Shown here: piece after piece, positions 16,371 to 24,043 of the stretch
How positions within the stretch are numbered: the first letter of the stretch is position 1
Layout of the letters: the number at the start of each line of letters is the position of its first letter
Assembly: GCA_044352295.1 (NCBI GenBank)
Contig: JBILEB010000006.1
Location: forward strand, 34,908 to 98,907
DNA length: 64,000 nt
From: Myxococcaceae bacterium
GTDB taxonomy: Bacteria; Myxococcota; Myxococcia; Myxococcales; Myxococcaceae
Direction of reading: 5' to 3'
Notes under the pieces: model-generated
What the model was told of the DNA's origin: nothing
The model's input: only the letters and a program-made list of their open reading frames with translations
The model's database searches: none
Position numbers and translations under genes: made by a program

Positions 16371-17162
16371 TCAGGGCGAGAAGAACCCGGCGTTGACCCC
16401 GGGAGCGACCTTGCCCTGGCTCGCCCGAATGGCCGACCGCGAGACGAGCTGGAACGTCTTGCGCAGCCCGGTCGCCGTCGCGTCACGCTGCACGTGAACG
16501 CACCCGGCCGGAATCCCCATGGCCGCGGCGATCAACTCGAAGTCGACGTCCTTGCCGACGCCGACGAAGGCGAGCGTGAAGAGCTCACTGGCGAGGAGGT
16601 CCTTCGACAGCTTCGAGCAGTCCCGGCTCGAGCGCGTCGAGCCGACGTCCTCTCCGTCGGTCAGCACCACCACGATAGATCGGGTGGGCGTGCCGCCATC
16701 TCGCAGCCGCTGGGCGTACGCGACGTTCGCGGTGAGCGCGTCACACCAGGTGTCGTAGAGCCGGGTCGCTCCGCGCCCGCGGTACGTCTTCGCATCGAGC
16801 CGGGTCGCCTCGTCGACCGGCACGTACGCGTGCAGCACCTTCGGCTGATCGTTGAAGGTCCACAGCGCGAGGAGCACCGAGTCCTTCTCTTTCGCCCCAC
16901 CAAACGCGTCGAGCAGCGCGTTCTGCCCATCGCGTACGGCCTGTTCGAGCCCTCGATCGGCGATCGACCCGCTCGCGTCGACCAGCAGCGTCACCAGCGT
17001 CACGTCACTCGCCGTGAGATCCTCGAGCGCCTTGCCGGCGGCGCCCGCGACGACGAGCGGTCCGAGATGGCCGGTGACGAGGCTCGAGGTCTGTGCCGAC
17101 AACACGCCGCTCGCCACGGCGCTGGAGAGGGACTTCGTCACGTCATCATCGTCTTTGGACAT
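16371..17162 (-). CDS. von Willebrand factor A (vWA) protein with intact MIDAS, TerY-like
   Basis: MIDAS residues DASGS ... GATRLYD ... VLTDGED. Asp- and Ser/Thr-rich N-terminal tail. Last gene of the NAD-salvage/TerY-P operon. Confidence 0.85.
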   Translation of the reverse strand: MSKDDDDVTKSLSSAVASGVLSAQTSSLVTGHLGPLVVAGAAGKALEDLTASDVTLVTLLVDASGSIADRGLEQAVRDGQNALLDAFGGAKEKDSVLLALWTFNDQPKVLHAYVPVDEATRLDAKTYRGRGATRLYDTWCDALTANVAYAQRLRDGGTPTRSIVVVLTDGEDVGSTRSSRDCSKLSKDLLASELFTLAFVGVGKDVDFELIAAAMGIPAGCVHVQRDATATGLRKTFQLVSRSAIRASQGKVAPGVNAGFFSP

Positions 17163-17225
17163 GGGGCCTCCTGCGCGGCCACGAGGGCCGCTGGGTGGTA
17201 CGACACGAACTGATGGGGAAACGAC

Positions 17226-18194
17226 TCAGATCACGACAGCGTCGGACGTCTTGACCACCTTCATGCCGGCCTTGCGCCACTGCTCGAGCGCCTGGTCGGC
17301 GATGCGTGGAAAGTCGAGGTGCGCGGGCAGCGGCGAGAGGGGAGGCGCCGGCACCGGGCTCATCGCGTCTTCGAGGATCCAGATCTTCTGCGCCAGCGAC
17401 GGATCATGCTGGAGCACGTGCGCCTGAATGTCGTTGAGCGTCGAGAGCACGCAGTGGCTCTTGGCCTGGCCAAATACGTACACGCGGTCGTGCTCCATGA
17501 GCATCTTGAAGAACGGCGTGTTGAACGAGCCCACCACCTGACCCGACAGCTCCGTCACCTCGGGCGAGAGCACCGAGTAGTTCTCGGTCATCGCGTGGGT
17601 GCCCTTGGTCTCGAAGTGCGTCTGGTGGCGGCGCGCCGCGGCGTGGAAGAGCGAGGCCTCCATCATCGCGGGGACCAGCGCGTGCGACAGCCCGCCGAGG
17701 AGCGTGTGGTACGGCCACACCGTCAGCACGTACTTGCCGGTCGACTCGAGCTTCTTCACGTACTCGAGCGACTCCCGCGGGTGCGCCACGGCGGTCCATT
17801 TTCCGGCGCGCACCTCTTCATGGAAGATCGGCGTCATCGGGGCCGGGTGCTTTCCCTTCGCGTCGACCCACCAGGCCGGGTGGAAGATCTGGAACATGCG
17901 GTGCGTGTCGAGCGAGAAGAACAGCGACGTCACCTTGTCGAGGTTCCGGTACAGCCACTCGACGGTGCGCGTGGTGTCCTCGACGGCGCCGGGCACGAAG
18001 AGCGAGGCCCCGGGTGTGCAGAAGCCGACCTGCACGTCGATGCCGAACGCGGCGATGCGGAACCTGTCGCTCCCGGACGGGGCGATGCGGTGCTGGTGCG
18101 CGAAGGCCTCACCGGCGTCGGCCACCAGCCCGGCGCGCTCCAGGTACAGCTGGGAGACCTGCTTGGGATCGTAGAAGTCGGGCAACGGCAACAT
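17226..18194 (-). CDS. pncA: nicotinamidase (isochorismatase-fold cysteine hydrolase, long form)
   Basis: FGIDVQVGFC (catalytic Asp), LDTH and WPYHT (metal-binding Asp/His/His positions), ETKG (Lys), GQAKSHCV (nucleophile Cys). The order and spacing match the PncA/Pnc1 signature. Confidence 0.8.
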   Translation of the reverse strand: MLPLPDFYDPKQVSQLYLERAGLVADAGEAFAHQHRIAPSGSDRFRIAAFGIDVQVGFCTPGASLFVPGAVEDTTRTVEWLYRNLDKVTSLFFSLDTHRMFQIFHPAWWVDAKGKHPAPMTPIFHEEVRAGKWTAVAHPRESLEYVKKLESTGKYVLTVWPYHTLLGGLSHALVPAMMEASLFHAAARRHQTHFETKGTHAMTENYSVLSPEVTELSGQVVGSFNTPFFKMLMEHDRVYVFGQAKSHCVLSTLNDIQAHVLQHDPSLAQKIWILEDAMSPVPAPPLSPLPAHLDFPRIADQALEQWRKAGMKVVKTSDAVVI

Positions 18195-18214
18195 GGGACA
18201 CCTCCGGTGAAGGG

Positions 18215-19999
18215 CTACGACAACGACAGCTGCATCACGTCACGTGCACCGACGACGACGAGGCTGCCGTCGGACTGGGGAAGGAGCTCGTCCTGCGAGG
18301 ACACGAAGGGCTGGGTGTCGGTGAAGCACGTCGCTTCGACGAGGACGCCCGACGACACCGAGAACGACACCAGGCCTTCGTCGGAACCAACGACGACGCG
18401 GCCTCCGAGGAGCGCGGCATGGCCTGGTCGTCCGTCACGGTGGTGGGCGAGCACCTCACCTGATTCGGAGACGAGCCAGCGCTGCACCACGTCCCGTCCG
18501 GCCGACTCGATCGTCACCGTGAGCAACGCGTGGCTCGAGTCGAACGCCGCGTGCGCGGAGATCACCCGTCCCGACCAGCCGATCGACGGCACCTGCTTGA
18601 GCCCGGCGCGCCCGGCTCGCAGGAGGAACGCCACCGTCACGCCCCCGGCGCGATAGCAGCCCAGGCCAAGCCGTTCTCCGGTCCACACCCAGGTCTGGCC
18701 CTCGAGCACCTGGCCCACGCGCGAACCGGTCACCTGATCGATCAACCACGCGTGCTCGGTGCGGTACGTCGCGTTCGTCGACGCCGCGGCGATGGGCCCG
18801 TGAGGAGCCACCCCCGTCTGGGCTCGCTCCACCAGGCGCCCGTGCTCGAAGCGCGTCATGGCGCCCTGCCCGTCCACCACCCAGGTCGAGGCTCCGGCGA
18901 GGAGGACGCGCTCGGAACGCCGCAACGGACGGTCCAGCACCAGCGTGCCGTCCTCCCGTCGCACGACGCCGTCTTCTTCGATCGCGAACCGCACGCCCCC
19001 CTGGTTCGCTGACGCGACGAGGCGTCCCCGGGTCTGACGCAGCACCTTCGCCGTACACCGGCCCTTCACGCGCACCGCGGGCCTCGTGGAGAGCGGTCCC
19101 AGGGCATGACACACCGGACACGCAGGCCGCGCGTGCTCGACCCCACAGGCGCAGACCGTGAACCTCGCCCGCAGCAGGGGAAGCGGCGGTCCCTGGCGCT
19201 CGTCCTTCTCGAACACTGCCTGGAAGTAGTGCAGCGCCTCGTCCGAGAGCGTCTTCCACGACGCGGCGACCCTCGGGAGCACCACGTCGTCACGCAGCAC
19301 CGAGTGACGCGCTTCGGCCCGTCGCAGGGCCGTCGTGAACTTCGCGTGCGTCCCTCCGAAGGGGTGCACGTAGAGCCACGACGAGAACAGCATCACCGCG
19401 AACGCGTACCAATCGGTGCCAGCGTCGAAGCGCGGGGCTGCGGTGAGATCGACTCCGTACAGGCGGGGGTCCAGGAACCGCTCGTGGCCGACGGCACAGG
19501 GCAGCCCGGCGAACTGCATCGAATCGGCGTCGATGAGAAAGGGCGTGTCGACCGTCGGCGTCACCAGCACGTTGCCATCGTTCAGGTCGCCCACCACCAC
19601 GCCGCGATCGTGCAGCGCGCGGAGCGTCTGGGAGAGCGAGGCGAACAGCGCGGTGACCCGATCGTTCGACACCTGCCCCTGCCGGTACTGGCGCTGGGCG
19701 AGCCGGCTGGCGTCGTCCGCACCATCCACGCGTCGCATCGCGAAGCCCGCCACGTCACCCCTCGCGTCCTTCGCGAGCTCGAGGGGACCGAGCACCACGT
19801 CAGGCAGCCCGGTGGGAAACCGAGCGAGCTTCTCGAGCTTCGTGGCGCGGACCTGACGGCCCACGGCGTCGCCCTTCGCGACGGCATGGAACACCTTCAC
19901 CGCGCGGTCCTTCAGGCGGAAGACGCGCGCCTCACCACCTTCTCCGAGGAGATCGGCGTCGGTGAGCCTGACCCGCCCCGTGGAGAGAAAGAGGTCCAT
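18215..19999 (-). CDS. Ser/Thr protein kinase-like protein with Zn-ribbon and beta-rich C-terminal domain (TerY-P kinase type)
   Basis: Gly-loop GEGGEARVF, AVKVF Lys, catalytic loop GDLNDGNVLV, Mg-binding LIDADS, then CACGVEHARPACPVC. ATG (rc 19997-19999) overlaps the PP2C stop by 1 nt. The track's 57-codon N-terminal extension is rejected. Confidence 0.8.
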   Translation of the reverse strand: MDLFLSTGRVRLTDADLLGEGGEARVFRLKDRAVKVFHAVAKGDAVGRQVRATKLEKLARFPTGLPDVVLGPLELAKDARGDVAGFAMRRVDGADDASRLAQRQYRQGQVSNDRVTALFASLSQTLRALHDRGVVVGDLNDGNVLVTPTVDTPFLIDADSMQFAGLPCAVGHERFLDPRLYGVDLTAAPRFDAGTDWYAFAVMLFSSWLYVHPFGGTHAKFTTALRRAEARHSVLRDDVVLPRVAASWKTLSDEALHYFQAVFEKDERQGPPLPLLRARFTVCACGVEHARPACPVCHALGPLSTRPAVRVKGRCTAKVLRQTRGRLVASANQGGVRFAIEEDGVVRREDGTLVLDRPLRRSERVLLAGASTWVVDGQGAMTRFEHGRLVERAQTGVAPHGPIAAASTNATYRTEHAWLIDQVTGSRVGQVLEGQTWVWTGERLGLGCYRAGGVTVAFLLRAGRAGLKQVPSIGWSGRVISAHAAFDSSHALLTVTIESAGRDVVQRWLVSESGEVLAHHRDGRPGHAALLGGRVVVGSDEGLVSFSVSSGVLVEATCFTDTQPFVSSQDELLPQSDGSLVVVGARDVMQLSLS

Positions 20000-20706
20000 C
20001 ACGCGGGCCTCCGGCTCAGGAGCGCGAGGGTGGCGTCGTCGGTGAAGCGCTCCGTCGCATGGAGCACGTTGAGCCGGCGCTGGAGCTGCATGGGGTTCTT
20101 CCAGACCAGCTCGTCGTCGAAGAGCGCCGAGGCAGCCGTCGTGACCCACCCATCGAGCCCGTCGGTACACAACGCGACCTGCCGGGCCGGCCCGAGGTGG
20201 TGAACGACGACCGGAACCTCACGACCGAGCACGCGGTAGCCGAGGTACGCCGGCGCGTTGTCGTCACCTGAGGACAACCGGGTCACCCGCCCATCGACCA
20301 CCACCGCGCCGTCGCCGCTGCCGAACACCACCGCCTCGGACCCTCGTTGCACCGCACACAGGACGGTGAAGAGCCCGTACGCCTCGAGCACCTGACCTGG
20401 GTCATCGCCTTCGACGGTCTCGACGAACCGCGCGAGCCAGGTCGTGAGCGCCGTCATGGCCTGGGTCGGTAGCGCCTCGAGCGGAACCAAGTCCATGCGG
20501 CTCACCAGCATCGCGAGCACCCGCGCGCCGAGCCGGGCCCCCACCTCCGAGAACGGTTGGCTGGAGCACCCATCCGTCACGACGACGACCCCGAGGTCAT
20601 CTCGCGTGAGCGCGAAGACGCCGTCCTGGTTGTTGCGGCCCAGACGCACGTGCTCCCGGCCGATGACGGTCGCGGTGCGGGCCATGGTGACGGAGCGCGG
20701 GTTCAC
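19999..20706 (-). CDS. PP2C-family Ser/Thr protein phosphatase
   Basis: PP2C motifs in order: GRNNQDG, VVTDGCSS, GSGDGAVVV, ALCTDGLD, DDATLALL. GTG start (rc 20704-20706) overlaps the NAPRT stop (GTGA). An alternative ATG lies at 20685 (MARTATVIG). Confidence 0.8.
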   Translation of the reverse strand: MNPRSVTMARTATVIGREHVRLGRNNQDGVFALTRDDLGVVVVTDGCSSQPFSEVGARLGARVLAMLVSRMDLVPLEALPTQAMTALTTWLARFVETVEGDDPGQVLEAYGLFTVLCAVQRGSEAVVFGSGDGAVVVDGRVTRLSSGDDNAPAYLGYRVLGREVPVVVHHLGPARQVALCTDGLDGWVTTAASALFDDELVWKNPMQLQRRLNVLHATERFTDDATLALLSRRPA

Positions 20707-22142
20707 CCGAAGGCCTCTTTCTTGAGTCGATCGATGAGGGCCTGCGTCGCGGGAGAGTGCACCAGCCGCAGATCGTCAGCCGCGACGGCACGCACGGACT
20801 CGACGTCCACCGCTTTCCTCGGTGCGGCTCCCGTCAGCAGTTCGTAGCCGTCGGGAAGGGACTCCCCGTGCTGCGCGATGATGCCCCAGGCCCCACCGAC
20901 ACCCGGCTTTCGCCGCCACACCACGGGCTGCCCGGGAATGCTCTGCTTCCCGCTCCCGGCTTCGTTGCCGAACTTCATGCACGGGCGCTGGCCCGTCTGG
21001 GTCAGCTTGTAGACGGCGGAGACGCGGTCTCGGGTCAGCGGCGTGCCGGCGGTCTGCGCGACGAGGAAGCCGCCGTAGCCGTACACCTGGTCTTCGGGCG
21101 CCCACCCCACCTCACGGCGCAGCGCCTCGAAGCGCGTGGTCAGCTCGGTGTCGAACCCATCTTCCAGGATCATCACCGGCCGCAGGCCCTGCTCCCGCGC
21201 GAGCTGAACGGCGACGCGGTACTGGGACTCCTTGTCGCCGGAGTCGAAACGAATGGAGTCCCGCTCCGCCGGCCGCTCGCGGATGATCGAGTAGGCCGTG
21301 GGAATGCCGGATCGAATCGTGTCGAAGGTGTCGAGCAGGAAGCTCGAGCGATGCGGGCGCCGATCGACCATCGCCCGGAAGGCCGCCTCGTCCGAGCCGT
21401 ACCGCTGCACGTGCTCGTGGCCCATCGTCCCGACTGGCACGAGCCCCAGGGCCTTCGCACCGAAGACATGGGACGTGCGGGTCAATCCGGCCGCCTTGCA
21501 GCCTTCGAGCGCGAGCAGGTGCTGCTCCACGCAGCTCGCGGCGCGCAGGCCGACCTCGAACAGCCTCGAGGGCGTTCCCACCACGTCGACGAGCTCCTTC
21601 ACCCGGGCGGTGACGCGGGCCACGTAGCCCTGGCTGTCCACCGTGATGGCCGGCGCCTTGACGCCCACCGCGTCGAGCGTCTCGAGCACGAGCTGACGTT
21701 GCCGCTCACACGTCACCGTGCCGACGGCCTGTGCGAGCTCGTGCGGACGAAACACCGCCACCGTCGCGACCTGGATCCGGTAGCTCCACATCAGCACCTG
21801 CGGCTCGAGCCAGGACACCAGCGCCGACGGACCGGTCACCGTGAAGATCGGCTCGCGGTCGTGGAAGATCGAAAACCGCGGCAACGCCCGGACCTGCACC
21901 TGCGGGCGACCCAACGCCGCCTTCACGCCAGCGCCCAGCTCGTATTCGTTCGCCGCCAGGAACGCCCAGTCCTGCGAGTCCACCGTCGGGAGCACCGCCC
22001 GCAGCTCGGCCTCGACGTCGAACGGCACCACCTGGAGCCCGCCCCGGCGATGCGTCGCGGAGAACGTCTCCTCACGCAGCGGCCACCCCGCCTCCGCCAT
22101 CGAGAACTTGTACCCGTCCGTCACCAGCAGTCCCGCGCCCAT
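20703..22142 (-). CDS. pncB: nicotinate phosphoribosyltransferase family protein
   Basis: LLVTDGYKFSMAEA N-terminal motif, GTMGHE (phospho-His region), FLLDTFDT, FDSGD. ATG at rc 22140-22142, GAGG ribosome-binding site 6 nt upstream. Confidence 0.85.
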   Translation of the reverse strand: MGAGLLVTDGYKFSMAEAGWPLREETFSATHRRGGLQVVPFDVEAELRAVLPTVDSQDWAFLAANEYELGAGVKAALGRPQVQVRALPRFSIFHDREPIFTVTGPSALVSWLEPQVLMWSYRIQVATVAVFRPHELAQAVGTVTCERQRQLVLETLDAVGVKAPAITVDSQGYVARVTARVKELVDVVGTPSRLFEVGLRAASCVEQHLLALEGCKAAGLTRTSHVFGAKALGLVPVGTMGHEHVQRYGSDEAAFRAMVDRRPHRSSFLLDTFDTIRSGIPTAYSIIRERPAERDSIRFDSGDKESQYRVAVQLAREQGLRPVMILEDGFDTELTTRFEALRREVGWAPEDQVYGYGGFLVAQTAGTPLTRDRVSAVYKLTQTGQRPCMKFGNEAGSGKQSIPGQPVVWRRKPGVGGAWGIIAQHGESLPDGYELLTGAAPRKAVDVESVRAVAADDLRLVHSPATQALIDRLKKEAFG

Positions 22143-22160
22143 CAAGCACCTCGCAAGAGC

Positions 22161-22189
22161 GTTCTACAAACAATACAAAGAGTCGTCAA
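22161..22189 (-). promoter_or_regulatory. candidate sigma-70-type promoter of the pncB operon
   Basis: Minus strand reads TTGACG-17 nt-TAGAAC, about 20 nt upstream of the GAGG ribosome-binding site and ATG. Lies in an AT-rich region. Pattern match only. Confidence 0.3.
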
Positions 22190-22493
22190 CACTCTTATTG
22201 CCATGGCCTGCCTTCGCCGCTGAAGATGAAATAATTCATGATGTTGACTGTGTCGTCTTCAGTGAGGCGCGGTGGCGCGATCGGTCTTCGCCCAATAGAT
22301 TAGTAGAAATTTTCAATAAATCAGAAATACGAATACCCCTTCAGCGCTGGCCAACCCCTCAGCCTCACAACCATTTTGTACAGAATAGAAAGTCCCATGA
22401 CAGCCATCGGAGGGTCTGGCGCAACGGCGCACCACGCGAGTGCGATGATGTAGGCAAAGCAGCGCACACCGCCGCTTCGCAAGGGGAGAAACC

Positions 22494-22991
22494 ATGGCGA
22501 AGAACCTCAACATCGAGTCGCTGTACGGGAAGTACGGGCCCACCATCTACGCACGCTGCCGGCGGCTGTTGAAGGACCCCGCAGCGGCGGAAGACGCGAC
22601 GCAGGACATCTTCATCAAGCTGATGAAGCACATCGAAGCGGCGCCGAGCGAAGACGCAGTGCTGCCGTGGATTCACCGCATCGTGACGAACCACTGCCTC
22701 AACGTCATTCGCGACACGAAGCGCCGCCCCGCGCCGGTCCAGGAGCTGCCCGAGCAGATCGACGACGAATTCGAGGACAGCGTGGTGACGAAGAACTTCG
22801 CGCAGAAGGTGCTCGAGAGCGCACCCGAGGCCCTCAAGGCGCCCGCGGTGCTGTACCACGCGCGGGGCATGGAGCAGGCGAAGGTGGCCGAGACGCTCGG
22901 CTGCTCGCGGCGCACCGTGCTGTACCGCCTCGCCGAGTTCAGCCGCCGCGCGATGAAGCTGCACGCCGCCGCCGAAGCCGGGTGCGCCTGA
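22494..22991 (+). CDS. ECF-type RNA polymerase sigma-70 family factor
   Basis: Region 2 (AAEDATQDIFIKLMKH, WIHRIVTNHCLNVIRD) and region 4 helix-turn-helix (QAKVAETLGCSRRTVLYRL). GGGGAG ribosome-binding site before ATG 22494. Confidence 0.85.
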   Translation: MAKNLNIESLYGKYGPTIYARCRRLLKDPAAAEDATQDIFIKLMKHIEAAPSEDAVLPWIHRIVTNHCLNVIRDTKRRPAPVQELPEQIDDEFEDSVVTKNFAQKVLESAPEALKAPAVLYHARGMEQAKVAETLGCSRRTVLYRLAEFSRRAMKLHAAAEAGCA

Positions 22992-23092
22992 CGCACGTCG
23001 CTCATTCTCTTCGCAGGGTGAAACACCTCCGACGCCGTGGCGACTCTCCCCCGCCGCGGCGTCGGTCTTTTTCTGCGCTACGGTGCCCTTCC

Positions 23093-23527
23093 GTGCGTGC
23101 CCTCGCCCCTGGACTGGTGCTGTCGAACTCCACCGCGTTGGCCGTCGGCGTCGAGGTCGACGTCGCGGGTGGCTCCTGGTTCAACGGGAGCCCCCCGCTT
23201 CAGGCTCGGCTCGGCGTTCATCAGCAGCTCGCGAAGATCGGTGAGCGCTTTCGGCTGGTGCTCGGCCTCGACGCGGGCCTCCTGGTGCACACCGTGGGCG
23301 GCCGGCTCGGCATTCCCGTCGACCTCACGCTGGCGCTCCACGTCAGCCGGGTCTTCTTGGCGGTCGTGGGAGGTCCGTGGTTTCACGTCAACGATGGTGA
23401 GGTGCTGCGCGCGCACGTCGGCGGTGAGTTCGGCGTCACCTTCGGCAAGGTCTCCTCGGTCTCGGTGGAGGCCGGCTGGCTGCAACCCGCTCCGCTGCTG
23501 CTCGGGCGCTTCGGAGTCCGCTTCTGA
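23093..23527 (+). CDS. hypothetical protein, possibly a small beta-barrel (start uncertain: GTG 23093 or GTG 23018)
   Basis: C-terminal part of track ORF 22667..23527, in a frame that becomes free after the sigma-factor stop. Normal composition, alternating-hydrophobic strands, ends ...GRFGVRF. It sits where an anti-sigma factor would be expected but has no recognisable anti-sigma motif. Confidence 0.35.
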   Translation: MRALAPGLVLSNSTALAVGVEVDVAGGSWFNGSPPLQARLGVHQQLAKIGERFRLVLGLDAGLLVHTVGGRLGIPVDLTLALHVSRVFLAVVGGPWFHVNDGEVLRAHVGGEFGVTFGKVSSVSVEAGWLQPAPLLLGRFGVRF

Positions 23528-23532
23528 GACGC

Positions 23533-24027
23533 TTGCTCCTCGTGACCTGGCTGAGTGCCTGCTCGAGGTCGGCGGCGCCGCCGGTCGTGTCGGCCGAGGA
23601 GACTCCGAAGGCCGACGTGACGGTGCGCGCGGTGACGGTGCGGCAGTACCGAGGCAGCGAGCTGCGCATGGAGGCCACGGCCCCCGTGGTGGAGCTGATG
23701 CGCTCGTCGAACGACTTCCTCGCCGCGGACGCCAGCGTTCGGCTGACCCGGACCGGCGTGGTGGTGTTGGCGCCACAGGTCTCTGGAAACGGCACGGCGC
23801 AGGTGGCCACCGGGAGCGGCGGCGTTCGGTTCCTGGGGAACGACGGCATGGTGGGAACGACGCCGACCGCGACCTACGACCGCGCGCTCTCCGCGGAAGG
23901 CGGCGCCACCTCTGACGCTGGCGTCCTCATCGAGCACCCGCGCTTCATTCAGACCGCCAACGGCTTCTTCGCCGACTTCGGCGAGCAACGGGTGACGTTC
24001 GACCAGCCGGTGACGACGACGAAGTGA
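23533..24027 (+). CDS. lptC: LptC-like periplasmic LPS-export protein (lipobox N-terminus)
   Basis: MLLVTWLSAC N-terminus, beta-rich body of about 160 aa, immediately upstream of lptA. The call rests mainly on size, composition and synteny. Confidence 0.55.
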   Translation: MLLVTWLSACSRSAAPPVVSAEETPKADVTVRAVTVRQYRGSELRMEATAPVVELMRSSNDFLAADASVRLTRTGVVVLAPQVSGNGTAQVATGSGGVRFLGNDGMVGTTPTATYDRALSAEGGATSDAGVLIEHPRFIQTANGFFADFGEQRVTFDQPVTTTK

Positions 24028-24043
24028 TGCCCGCATTCGGTGT

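Noticed and set aside
15744-17213. 489-aa plus-strand ORF
   Set aside because: It overlaps the DUF2007-like gene out of frame and the vWA gene in antisense. Its Ser/Arg/Ala/Pro-rich composition is characteristic of wrong-frame translation.
22238-22303. 21-codon ORF (MMLTVSSSVRRGGAIGLRPID) inside the AT-rich control region
   Set aside because: No ribosome-binding site and no conservation evidence are available. An ORF this short is expected by chance. It should be revisited only if Ribo-seq shows translation.
23037-23915. 292-aa plus-strand ORF downstream of the ECF sigma gene (possible anti-sigma)
   Set aside because: It is Arg/Ser/Gly-rich, has no TM helix or zinc-binding anti-sigma motif, and overlaps the LptC-like gene out of frame. 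The alternative frame (23093..23527) has more protein-like composition.
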